Source of the DNA: Clostridia bacterium
GTDB lineage: Bacteria; Bacillota; Clostridia; Oscillospirales; CAG-272
Direction: 5' to 3'
Assembly (NCBI GenBank): GCA_017453255.1
Contig: JAFTKN010000020.1
Location: forward strand, 12,399 to 76,398
DNA length: 64,000 nt
Part shown: positions 26,656 to 35,651 of the stretch, piece after piece
Position numbering within the stretch: the first letter of the stretch is position 1
How the letters are laid out: each line of letters opens with the position of its first letter
Position numbers and translations under genes: made by a program
Notes under the pieces: model-generated
Told to the model about the DNA's origin: nothing
Seen by the model: the letters and a program-made list of their open reading frames with translations, nothing else
Databases searched by the model: none

Positions 26656-28563
26656 ATGAAATACTTATCTTTAGTAAATATAAAAGCAGGGACTAAAAAC
26701 ACACCAAGATTTTCAAAAGGAAACATACTCCCTTTAACAAAATATCCATTTGGAATGGTTGCCTTTTGCCCACAAACTGAATATCAAGAAAATAGAGAAG
26801 GTTGGTTTTACGACCCTGATATGCCTTATTTAGAGGGTATCAGACTCACTAATCAGCCAAGTCCGTGGATAGGTGATTTTGCGTCACTTTTATTAATGGT
26901 GCAAAATGATATAATTTCAGACACTCCTGCCTTAGCTTATAGTGGAATTAGACTCTCTGACACTAAATTATCTCCTGACTATTTAAAGGTGAAAATGCTA
27001 CGTCCAGAGTGCGTTTTTGAGCTAACACCAACAGAAAGATGTGCAAAAATTCGCATAAGCCTTGAAAATGATAGACAAAGCTATCTTTCCCTTTTTTCAC
27101 AAAAAGAAAACACAAGCTTTGAAATTGATGAAAATGAAATCAAGGTTACTTTAAATAGTGACAAAAGAGAAGGGCTAAAGGCATACTTCGTAATTAAAGT
27201 CAAAAAGGGAGAAATTTCTAAGGAAAAAAGCTATGGAGCAAAAAACTGCTTTCATATAGCCTTGAATTCAAAAAGCATTACCCTGTGTCTATCTCTTTCC
27301 TATATCAGTCACGAGCTTGCAAGAGAAAGTATTGAAAACGAGTGTGGAGCATTTTCCTTTAGTGCTATAAGAAAAAGGGCAAGGGACGAGTGGGAGGAAA
27401 AGCTATCACGAATCAAAATAGAGGACACAAGGGATAAAATGAAGGTGTTTTATACCTGTATGTATAGATGCTTTTTGTTCCCCTCAAAAATTTATGAAAT
27501 TCAAAATGGTAAAAGTGTCTATTTTTCACCCTATAAGAAGCAGGTTAAGGCTGGGGTGAGATACACAAATACAGGCTTTTGGGATACAGCAAGAACGCTG
27601 TTTCCACTTTATACGCTGATAGCCAAGGACGAGCTAATAGAAATAATGAAGGGCTTTTTGTGTGACTATATAGACTGTGGCTATTTACCAAGATGGACGT
27701 CCTATGATGAAAGAGGCTGTATGCCAAGCACCCTGATAGATTTAACTATTGCCGAATGTGCAACAAAGGGCATTTTGGATAAGGATACCTTAGAGCTTCT
27801 TTTCGAGGGAATGATAAAGCATGCAAATGTAAGGTCAAATGACAAGCGCTTCGGTAGAGAAGGAATTGATAAGTACCTCGAATATGGATACGTTCCCTGT
27901 GATTTTTGTAAGGAAAGCGTTAATTTAACCCTTGATTTTGCGCTGGGTGATTATTGTATTTCCAAGGTTGCTAAGGCCTTGGGTAAAAGAGAAATAGAAA
28001 AGGAATATTTGGCTCGTAGCAAAAATTACATAAATCTTTTTGATAAGGAAAGTGGATTTATAAGGCCAAAGGACTCAAAGGGTAATTTTAAGTCTGACTT
28101 TGACCCGCTTAGCTGGGGACAGGACTATACTGAGGGTAGCGCATGGCAAACAAGCTTGTTTGTTCCCCATGATATAGACAACTTAGCCAAGCTTTTGGGT
28201 GGGAAAGAACAGCTACTAAAAAGGCTCGACTTAACATTAAATACAAAGCCGAGGTATAGAGCTGGTGGTTACATGTGTGAAATTCACGAAATGACTGAAA
28301 TGGCACAGGCAGATTTCGGTCAAATAGCAATTTCAAATCAGCCCTCGTTCCATATCCCATATATGTATGCTTACTTAGGAGAAAAGGAAAAAGCAAGAGA
28401 GCTTGTTTCAAAAATGTGCAAGCTATTTACAAAGGAGGGCTATCCAGGAGACGAGGATAACGGCTCAATGTCAGCGTGGTATATCCTTTCTCAAATTGGC
28501 AAATATCCCCTCTGCCCACCAGATGGCTTTGTGGAGATTGAGCCACTTATTAAAATTAGATAA
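26656..28563 (+). CDS. Glycoside hydrolase family 92-like (alpha-mannosidase family)
   Basis: GDEDNGSMSAWY matches the GH92 hallmark (E/D)D.G.MSAWY, and the N-terminus has ..YPFGMVAFCPQT... I chose the start at the ATG at 26656 behind GGAGG. The ORF-track start at 26596 is a TTG inside the promoter. Confidence 0.65.
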   Translation: MKYLSLVNIKAGTKNTPRFSKGNILPLTKYPFGMVAFCPQTEYQENREGWFYDPDMPYLEGIRLTNQPSPWIGDFASLLLMVQNDIISDTPALAYSGIRLSDTKLSPDYLKVKMLRPECVFELTPTERCAKIRISLENDRQSYLSLFSQKENTSFEIDENEIKVTLNSDKREGLKAYFVIKVKKGEISKEKSYGAKNCFHIALNSKSITLCLSLSYISHELARESIENECGAFSFSAIRKRARDEWEEKLSRIKIEDTRDKMKVFYTCMYRCFLFPSKIYEIQNGKSVYFSPYKKQVKAGVRYTNTGFWDTARTLFPLYTLIAKDELIEIMKGFLCDYIDCGYLPRWTSYDERGCMPSTLIDLTIAECATKGILDKDTLELLFEGMIKHANVRSNDKRFGREGIDKYLEYGYVPCDFCKESVNLTLDFALGDYCISKVAKALGKREIEKEYLARSKNYINLFDKESGFIRPKDSKGNFKSDFDPLSWGQDYTEGSAWQTSLFVPHDIDNLAKLLGGKEQLLKRLDLTLNTKPRYRAGGYMCEIHEMTEMAQADFGQIAISNQPSFHIPYMYAYLGEKEKARELVSKMCKLFTKEGYPGDEDNGSMSAWYILSQIGKYPLCPPDGFVEIEPLIKIR

Positions 28564-28575
28564 TCAAGTATATAA

Positions 28576-28606
28576 AGCAGGGGCTTTTATGGCTCCTGTT
28601 TTTTCT
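28576..28606 (+). terminator. Terminator after the GH92 gene; insulates the downstream 8-gene operon
   Basis: CAGGGGC-TTTTATG-GCTCCTG followed by T8. Confidence 0.65.
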
Positions 28607-28723
28607 TTGTATATTTATGCACAAAAAACGAATATTTCAAGCAAAAATACAGAAAATACTTTTAGCAATTTGCACAAAATTGTTGAAAAAGGAAACAAAA
28701 TGTCAAAAAATGGCTTATTGCTA

Positions 28724-28752
28724 TTGAATATAAATATATTATATGATAAAAT
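28724..28752 (+). promoter_or_regulatory. Candidate promoter of the 8-gene operon
   Basis: TTGAAT (28724-28729), 17-nt spacer ending in TGA, TAAAAT (28747-28752). The region is AT-rich, so a chance match is possible. Confidence 0.3.
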
Positions 28753-28843
28753 AAATCTAACAATTTAAAAGGAGTTAAACGGTAAAGCTTTAATTAATTG
28801 TAATCTTATTCAAAGGCGAAATTTTTTATAAAAGGAGAGAAAA

Positions 28844-29545
28844 ATGAAAAAATTTAAAGAATCAAAGTTTATAATTGGCTTTAGTGCGATTTTAGCAATA
28901 ATTTTTGCAGTAATAAGCCTTGTTGTGTTCTTGGTATTGAAGGACCTTAATGCTACCTTCTGGCTTGGATATATTTTCTTAGCCCTTGCCTTCGTGCTTG
29001 CTGAGTGCGTTGTAATCTTCTTATTTAAGAACAAAAAGAAGGATGCTATTTTTCTTGGTATTCCACTTGTAACCTATACGCTTATTTATTTAGGCGTGGC
29101 GTTGGCTTGCTCACTATTATTCATGGTGCTCAAGGACTTTGTTCCATGGCAAGTTTCATTAATAGTTAATATTTTACCGTTTGCTATATTTATAGTTGTT
29201 GCTATATTTGCAATCCTTGCTCGTTCAGTAGTTGAGGAAATCAATGAGAATGTAGCTAAGAAGGTTAGAAATCTTAAGTCACTCGTTGTTGACGTTGACC
29301 TTATGGTTGAAACCTGTCAGGATGACGAGCTTAAGAATAAGCTTAAAAAGCTTTCTGAAACAATTAAATATTCTGACCCTATGTCAAACGATGCAGTAGC
29401 AGACGTTGAGGACAGAATTATAGCTAAGATGGCTGAGCTCCGTGTTTATAATGAAAACGGACAAATTGAGGATGCAACAAAGGCTGTTACAAGTCTTGAA
29501 ATCCTTTATGTAGAAAGAAACAGAAAATTAGCAATTTCAAAATAA
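28844..29545 (+). CDS. Operon gene A: 4-TM membrane protein with a cytoplasmic helical tail of about 95 aa (unknown family)
   Basis: 233 aa. Four hydrophobic helices lie in residues 9-135, then ..RNLKSLVVDVDLMVETCQDDELKNKLKKLSETIKYSDPMSND... RBS AAAGGAGAG. Confidence 0.75.
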   Translation: MKKFKESKFIIGFSAILAIIFAVISLVVFLVLKDLNATFWLGYIFLALAFVLAECVVIFLFKNKKKDAIFLGIPLVTYTLIYLGVALACSLLFMVLKDFVPWQVSLIVNILPFAIFIVVAIFAILARSVVEEINENVAKKVRNLKSLVVDVDLMVETCQDDELKNKLKKLSETIKYSDPMSNDAVADVEDRIIAKMAELRVYNENGQIEDATKAVTSLEILYVERNRKLAISK

Positions 29546-29565
29546 GCACAAAGAGGTAAATACAG

Positions 29566-31560
29566 ATGGCAGTTAATTATGTTGCAAGGCGCTGTTCACA
29601 ATGTGGCGGTGAATTGGAATACATAAAAGAGAGAAAGCTGTATGTATGTATGTACTGTGGTGCTGAATTTGAGCGTAAGGAAGAAAAGCGTGAGGGCATG
29701 TTTGCCCTCAAAAACGTGGTTAGACAGACTATTTTGGAAACCACCTATCGCCGTCTTGACAATGCTCAGAGAAACCTCGTTGAGTGCGAAAAGATTGATG
29801 CAAAATATGTTGGTACACAGATTGCAAAGATAGTTTATCAAATGATAAGGGTTACAACTCCTGGTGCGTGTCTTCCACATGAGGCAAGGGGACTCTTTGA
29901 GCAGATGAAGCGTAGCTATCTTCAATTAAAGGAGGACTATCCTGAAATTTCTGAGGATGAGGAGATTTTGTACGAGGATTTAGAGGAGAGCGATATTTAT
30001 GCTACACTCCTTCTCGTATTTGATTCCTTAGGGGACAAGTCAAGACGTGACTTTGTTCGTAGCCTCATTAATCCACGTGAGGTTTACTCACAGGATGCAA
30101 ATAGCAATCTTCTTACATATGCTCTGAAGAATAGCGACAACGATTTTGTAGATGCAATCATTTCAAACTATAATAATCTCAATGTTAAGCTTGCTATGAC
30201 AGAAATACTTAAAAAGCAGGCAGATGTGCCTACTAAGGCATCAAATGTAGCTAAATTGCTTTCTACAAAGCAGTTTGGAATTGATGACAAGAGATTAATT
30301 GAGGATTATATTGAAAGCTCACAGGACAGTGGAGAAACTAAGGCAGGAATTGCTGCAGCTTCAGTTACTAATGGAATTAACCTAAGCCTTGACATAGTTA
30401 CAAGGAATGTTCTTTCCAAGGTAAATAATGAGCAGGCAAGAGCCTTGATTTCTGCATATTGCACACATAAGCTAAATGATGCAGAGGTGCTTAAGATTTT
30501 AACCTTCACATTTGCTTCACAAAAGGCAGATGCTATGTTGGGTGCAATCGAGTGCCTTGAAAATGGTAATCAATATATTTTCATTCCATCAAAGGTAATT
30601 TCCTCCGTTTTAGACTCCAATCTTAGCGGAAGTGAAAAAAGAGAGGTTTTGGAGAAGGTATATAGCCATAATTTAGAGCAAAAGGCTCAGGAAAATGCCT
30701 TGACAAGCTATCTTTGCTTTAACACAGATAGCGCAGAGGAAAGATATGAGCTTATTCCATTTTTGCTTGAGCACGTGGCTAATATTCCTAACCAAACTGT
30801 TGAGAGCTATGTTTTAAAGTGTGCTCTTGACGTGGAAAGTAAGCCTGAAATCGTGGAAATGATGTTTAATAAGGGGCTTAACCTAAGCTTCTACAAGGAT
30901 TTAGTTACAAAGTATCTAAAGACTAATGTAGATACGCCAGACGTTAAGAGCGAGGTTTTAAGGGTTCTTATTGACGCAGGCTTGAAGCTTGATAGTGATA
31001 CACTTGAGAGCTTTATTTGTCAGCCAAGCGAAAATGATGCAATGAAAATCAGCTTTATTAATAAAATGGTTGAAAACGGCACAGCTATAAGAAACGACTG
31101 CGCAAGCAAGTATCTTGAAAGAATGCCGATTGACAAGTATAATACAGAGCTTTTAGGCTTGCTTTATAATCAAAGAAGCGTGTTTAGCGCTAAGGCTGTT
31201 GAAAATTATCTACTCTATTTTAGAGATGATGAGAAAACAAAGCTTACAAGAGCAAGACTATTTATCGAAAATTGTGTTGGGGATATTGGTGGCTATTATT
31301 GTAGCATTGCACATCTCCAAAACAGAGTGACCTGTAATATTGCTCAAGCCTATATGCTTTTAGCTCCAGATAATGTTGATTTAATTCGTAACGTAATTGA
31401 CTATATGCTCGCAGGTAAGCTTTTGAAGCTTAACGGTGAGGTTATGGTATCAAACGAGAGAATTAAGTTCAAGAAATATGTGGTTGCAAATAAAGGCTCT
31501 ATAGGTGGAAAAACAAATTCGCTTTGTGAGCATTATAAGGTATTTTCACTATTATTTTAA
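29566..31560 (+). CDS. Operon gene B: N-terminal zinc-ribbon protein with a long helical (ankyrin-like?) repeat region (unknown family)
   Basis: 664 aa. CSQCGG..(14)..CMYCG lies at 29593-29658. It is followed by repeated ..L(L/I)..G(L/A).(L/I).. helical modules (MFNKGLNLSF, LIDAGLKLDSD, MVENGTAIRND). No TM segment. Confidence 0.75.
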   Translation: MAVNYVARRCSQCGGELEYIKERKLYVCMYCGAEFERKEEKREGMFALKNVVRQTILETTYRRLDNAQRNLVECEKIDAKYVGTQIAKIVYQMIRVTTPGACLPHEARGLFEQMKRSYLQLKEDYPEISEDEEILYEDLEESDIYATLLLVFDSLGDKSRRDFVRSLINPREVYSQDANSNLLTYALKNSDNDFVDAIISNYNNLNVKLAMTEILKKQADVPTKASNVAKLLSTKQFGIDDKRLIEDYIESSQDSGETKAGIAAASVTNGINLSLDIVTRNVLSKVNNEQARALISAYCTHKLNDAEVLKILTFTFASQKADAMLGAIECLENGNQYIFIPSKVISSVLDSNLSGSEKREVLEKVYSHNLEQKAQENALTSYLCFNTDSAEERYELIPFLLEHVANIPNQTVESYVLKCALDVESKPEIVEMMFNKGLNLSFYKDLVTKYLKTNVDTPDVKSEVLRVLIDAGLKLDSDTLESFICQPSENDAMKISFINKMVENGTAIRNDCASKYLERMPIDKYNTELLGLLYNQRSVFSAKAVENYLLYFRDDEKTKLTRARLFIENCVGDIGGYYCSIAHLQNRVTCNIAQAYMLLAPDNVDLIRNVIDYMLAGKLLKLNGEVMVSNERIKFKKYVVANKGSIGGKTNSLCEHYKVFSLLF

Positions 31561-31578
31561 AACAAAGGAGAACGAGAG

Positions 31579-33339
31579 ATGACTCAGGAAGAGTATAATC
31601 AAGAGGTCAACCGATTACAATCTCTCATAAACGATCTGGAAAACAGGGCAAACAGGCTTATTGTTGAAAACCAACAGCTAACACAGGAGCTTGTTCAGTC
31701 CTTAGCAGACGTTGAGGTTTTGACATCGAAATGCAGACAGCTTGATGACGTAGTCTATGATGAGGTGGATTATTTGTCTGGCGTTGTTGGACAGGCTGAC
31801 CTCGAGGTAAAGCATATCTTTGATGCTTTAAACGAGCTTACAGCACAATTCTTCACCTTTAAGCGTCTTTCTACCGCTTCTAAAAACATCACTCAATATA
31901 CTGACGAGTATTACACAAAGTTCCATTATTATAATGAGCTTAGAAGAATTACTCTCGGCTATGTTATCGGTCTTGATGCTAATATTGTATCAAGCGATGT
32001 AATGAGGAAAAAGGTAGAAAAAGCTTATTTGCAAAACACTGAATACTGGTTAGCTTACTGTATTACTGCCGTTATGCTATGGGCAAGTAATGAAAAAACA
32101 GCTGCTAATCGTGCAATAAGCAAGGCATTATCAATTAATTATTTTAATTCCTGCTTATTCTTCCTTCTTATCAACCTAAGATTTAACAGAATGGACGCTG
32201 CTAAGAAGTGGTATGTAAACTACCTCGACCATGCAGACAGAGATGACTTGGGTGATGAGTGGCAATATCTACTTCAAGCATACTTGTTTGGAGTATTTGG
32301 AGCAGACGAAAAGTTCCAGACTCTTGTAATGAATTGCTTTAAGGATATGGTTAGTCAGCTTGAAATGACAACCGTTGACTTTGCAAAGAAGTTTACAAAG
32401 AGAGCGCTTGAATTTGCTCAGCTTTACCTACATAAAACAAGGAAAGAATATGTTACTATCCGTCGTAACAGCCCAGATTACGAGGATATTATGGACTTGC
32501 TTTCTACTGCTGAGAAAAACGCAGAAATAGCAAAATATTATGACGATTTGACACAGGTTGAGGCTAACGAGGGCGAAAACCTTGCTCAAAGAATCGAAAA
32601 TGTTCTTTATTCCTTGATTAACGACTATGATGATGAGGAATACAAGGTTGTTAAGAACATTAAGCTCAATGAGGCAATAGTTGCTGCAAAGGGCGATATG
32701 GCAGAGGCACAGGCTAAGACTGAAAAGCTATTTGCCGAGAGAGAGGAAAAGAAGAACTTCGGCGACCTTCTAAGAACATGGGCATTCTGTGAGGATGGTC
32801 AAACTGACGTAACAGTAAAAAGATTTTCAATATCCTTCATGAAGGATGCTATCTCAAAGGGATATGAGGAATTTGCTGAGGATTACAGAAAGAACGAGCC
32901 AGATGAGATTAATTTTGAAATCGACGGCTGTCATATGAAATGTAATGAAAATCAGCTTGACAAGGCAGAGAGTGCAATTAATAAGCACTACGATAAAAAC
33001 AAGCTTGCTAATACAATTAAGGACAAGCTTGTGCTTATATTCCTATGTATTACCTTGGGTGGAGCTTTACTCTGCGGTATCGGAGCAATAGTAATTGCTT
33101 GCGCAGGTAACCCAATAGCCATTAGTATTCTATTTGCACTTGGCGCAATCGTGCTTGGTGTAGGTATCTTCTTGATTTGCAGGCGAGTTATTGAGCTGAA
33201 GCAAATGCGTGAGGAAAAGAAGAAAAAGGCGATAGCTATTATGAAGCAGGCACTTGGTGAGCTTGCAGAGTGGCGTCAAGCTTACAAGGAAGCTGACAGC
33301 GAAAATGCAAATCTTATCAAGGTCTTTGAAAAATATTGA
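31579..33339 (+). CDS. Operon gene C: coiled-coil protein with a C-terminal TM hairpin, paralog 1 of 3 (unknown family)
   Basis: 586 aa. N-terminal heptad region (..NRLQSLINDLENRANRLIVENQQLTQELVQ..). Conserved core YWLAYCITAVMLWASNEKTAANRAISKALSINYFNSCLFFLLINLRFNRMDAAKKWY. Two TM helices at about 33030-33185, then the tail ..ALGELAEWRQAYKEA... Confidence 0.8.
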   Translation: MTQEEYNQEVNRLQSLINDLENRANRLIVENQQLTQELVQSLADVEVLTSKCRQLDDVVYDEVDYLSGVVGQADLEVKHIFDALNELTAQFFTFKRLSTASKNITQYTDEYYTKFHYYNELRRITLGYVIGLDANIVSSDVMRKKVEKAYLQNTEYWLAYCITAVMLWASNEKTAANRAISKALSINYFNSCLFFLLINLRFNRMDAAKKWYVNYLDHADRDDLGDEWQYLLQAYLFGVFGADEKFQTLVMNCFKDMVSQLEMTTVDFAKKFTKRALEFAQLYLHKTRKEYVTIRRNSPDYEDIMDLLSTAEKNAEIAKYYDDLTQVEANEGENLAQRIENVLYSLINDYDDEEYKVVKNIKLNEAIVAAKGDMAEAQAKTEKLFAEREEKKNFGDLLRTWAFCEDGQTDVTVKRFSISFMKDAISKGYEEFAEDYRKNEPDEINFEIDGCHMKCNENQLDKAESAINKHYDKNKLANTIKDKLVLIFLCITLGGALLCGIGAIVIACAGNPIAISILFALGAIVLGVGIFLICRRVIELKQMREEKKKKAIAIMKQALGELAEWRQAYKEADSENANLIKVFEKY

Positions 33340-33353
33340 TTGGAGGGTAAAAT

Positions 33354-34973
33354 ATGGCAAACGCATTATATGCCATTAACAGGCTTGACGAAACCATTAA
33401 TTCGTTCAAGTCAAGAGTTGATGTCAAGGTAACAGACGTTGATAACTCCACAGCGAGTATCCGTTCAACCGCTGACAGAATATATGAAAATATTGAGCGC
33501 TTCAAGGTTGATATGCTTCACGGCGAGGAAACACAGATAGCGCACGAGAATATTTTAAGAATTGACCAGATTATCAAGGAGCAGTTTGGTAATCACGAGG
33601 CAATCAGACGTACAGTTTTAGGTATCGTTAAGGACTTCGATATTAACCTCGTACGTAATAGCACAATTCAAGAGCTTTCTGAGGAATTATGGATTACAAG
33701 CTCAAGATATTGGCTATCCTATGCACTTTTAGCAATTACAGCTTGGGTAAACAACTACCCAGAGGTTGCAAAGAACGCCCTTTCCGAATGTGGAAGAAAG
33801 GACGCTATTAAAACAACATTATTCTTCTGCCTTACAAATCTTCGTTTTGGAAGAATGGAGGCAGCAAAGAAATGGTTCTACGAGTATTTCAATACTCTTG
33901 ACCCAACAATGCTTCAGCAGGAAACAGCAATTCTATTGCAATCCTTCTTAAACGGCATTTTCGGTAAGGATAAGGAGCTTGAGGGCGAAATCACAAAGCT
34001 TATTGATAGCTGGATTACAATTATCGAGGAGCAGGACGAGATTTCAGCGCAGCTTGTTGAATCCTATTATACCTATATTCAGAATTTACACCCAGAGTGT
34101 GAATTTAACTATCCAAAGCTACTTAAGCATTGTGCTGGTACAGGCACACTTAAGCAGACTATTACAGACGCATCAAAGTATGAGCTTCTTATAGACTTTG
34201 TAAAGGAGCTTGACGTTGAGGCTGTCGAGCAAACTGATGAAAACTATAAAAACAGAGTTGATGCTATCTTGGCTAAGCTTATCACTAACTATGATGCTGA
34301 CGAGCTTGAGCTTAGAAGACAACAGGCATACTACCGTTGCATAGCTGATAATAAGGGTGACGTTGAGGCTGCTGAGGCTCAGTTCACAGCTATGATGGAG
34401 CTTGAAAACGAGCATTTCAATATCGGTAAGCAAATGGTAAGATGGGCTATTTATGATGATAGCGAAAAGACAGACGTTCAGGTAAGAAAGTTCGGCTTCC
34501 AAAAGACAAAGGGCTGGTTTACCAAGGCTGTTGAAAGCTTCGATTCTGAGCTTGGCGCAAGCGTTCCAACACATTTCGATTTGTCAATCGACACATGGAA
34601 GGGTACAACAGACGGAAACGACGAGGCTGATCAGCACGATAGCATTGAGGCACACTTTAAAAACAACAAGCTACAAAATACAGTAGTTAATAAGTTTAAC
34701 GCAGTTGTTCTTGCAATTTTGGTTATCTCTGCAATAGTTGGAGTAATTATGATTGCAGCAGGTGCTGGCGCATGGGCATTAATCGTAACTGGTGTATGTG
34801 CAATTATTTTAGTAATTAGAGTAATTATTGCATTCAATAAATATCCAAATAGAATTAATGCAGCTAAGAAGGTGCTTAGTGAATGTATAGCAGAAATCGC
34901 AGAATATAGACGTAGCTATGAGGAAAAGCACGCTATGAAGGACGAGCTTTTCTCAATGGTAGAATTTCTTTAA
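33354..34973 (+). CDS. Operon gene D: coiled-coil protein with a C-terminal TM hairpin, paralog 2 of 3
   Basis: 539 aa. Core YWLSYALLAITAWVNNYPEVAKNALSECGRKDAIKTTLFFCLTNLRFGRMEAAKKWF. Two TM helices at about 34700-34850. Tail ..CIAEIAEYRRSYEEK... Confidence 0.8.
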   Translation: MANALYAINRLDETINSFKSRVDVKVTDVDNSTASIRSTADRIYENIERFKVDMLHGEETQIAHENILRIDQIIKEQFGNHEAIRRTVLGIVKDFDINLVRNSTIQELSEELWITSSRYWLSYALLAITAWVNNYPEVAKNALSECGRKDAIKTTLFFCLTNLRFGRMEAAKKWFYEYFNTLDPTMLQQETAILLQSFLNGIFGKDKELEGEITKLIDSWITIIEEQDEISAQLVESYYTYIQNLHPECEFNYPKLLKHCAGTGTLKQTITDASKYELLIDFVKELDVEAVEQTDENYKNRVDAILAKLITNYDADELELRRQQAYYRCIADNKGDVEAAEAQFTAMMELENEHFNIGKQMVRWAIYDDSEKTDVQVRKFGFQKTKGWFTKAVESFDSELGASVPTHFDLSIDTWKGTTDGNDEADQHDSIEAHFKNNKLQNTVVNKFNAVVLAILVISAIVGVIMIAAGAGAWALIVTGVCAIILVIRVIIAFNKYPNRINAAKKVLSECIAEIAEYRRSYEEKHAMKDELFSMVEFL

Positions 34974-34992
34974 TTAGAAAAGGAGAGTTAAT

Positions 34993-35163
34993 ATGAGTAA
35001 CGAAGTAAAGGACCAAGAATTAGACCTTAGCTTTGAGGAAATGATGCAAAACTTTACCTCACCAGCAGCAGAGGGAATGGAAATATCCGACGAGAGATTA
35101 CAGGAAATGAATAAAAAGCTTCCTGAGTGGAGCTTAGAGCCTCCATACAGCTTCCTTAAATGA
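34993..35163 (+). CDS. Operon gene E: 56-aa acidic peptide (absent from the ORF track, which lists nothing shorter than 60 aa)
   Basis: ATG at 34993 lies 7 nt after AAAGGAGAG. Product: MSNEVKDQELDLSFEEMMQNFTSPAAEGMEISDERLQEMNKKLPEWSLEPPYSFLK. Its stop overlaps the start of gene F (AAATGA at 35158-35163). Confidence 0.55.
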   Translation: MSNEVKDQELDLSFEEMMQNFTSPAAEGMEISDERLQEMNKKLPEWSLEPPYSFLK

Positions 35164-35636
35164 TTGCTGTATCTAAGCCAAGTAGCTATAGCGACTGGAT
35201 TCGGGCATTTGAAAATATTAAAAGCTATCCACTAAGTCAAGACTCCTATTATGAGCTTGAGCTGGGAAGGCTTGATACATATTCGTCAATGAGTCACCCC
35301 TTTAATTCTATGCTGACCGATACCATAAACGTGGTTTTGAATAGATGTATAGATAGCTTTTCAAGGGAGCTTGATATGTGCTTAAGCTTTAACGAGATAG
35401 ATAATATTGAGCTTGTCTTTAGTCATTTGAAAACAAACGTGAGAAGAGTATTCTTCTTTGAGCGTCTTGGCTTCCTACCCGATAGCGTAAAAAACGAGCT
35501 TTCGGAAAAAATCAAGGAGCAAATGTCTGCGTTTTGGAATACGGTTGTTAATCATCTTACAAAAGAGGCTATGAACAACCAAATCGGAGCGTTAGAGGAC
35601 ACGTTGTTCCTTATCAAAAGAATTAAATTGTTTTAA
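35160..35636 (+). CDS. Operon gene F: 158-aa soluble protein (unknown family)
   Basis: ATGA overlap with gene E. No TM segment and no motif I recognise. Confidence 0.65.
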   Translation: MIAVSKPSSYSDWIRAFENIKSYPLSQDSYYELELGRLDTYSSMSHPFNSMLTDTINVVLNRCIDSFSRELDMCLSFNEIDNIELVFSHLKTNVRRVFFFERLGFLPDSVKNELSEKIKEQMSAFWNTVVNHLTKEAMNNQIGALEDTLFLIKRIKLF

Positions 35637-35651
35637 GCATAGGTGTATAAA

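Noticed and set aside
28403-28768. A 121-aa ORF overlapping the 3' end of the GH92 gene and extending into the operon upstream region; a possible ninth operon gene.
   Set aside because: It is out of frame within the GH92 gene, crosses that gene's terminator and has no RBS. Its sequence is low-complexity and AT-driven.
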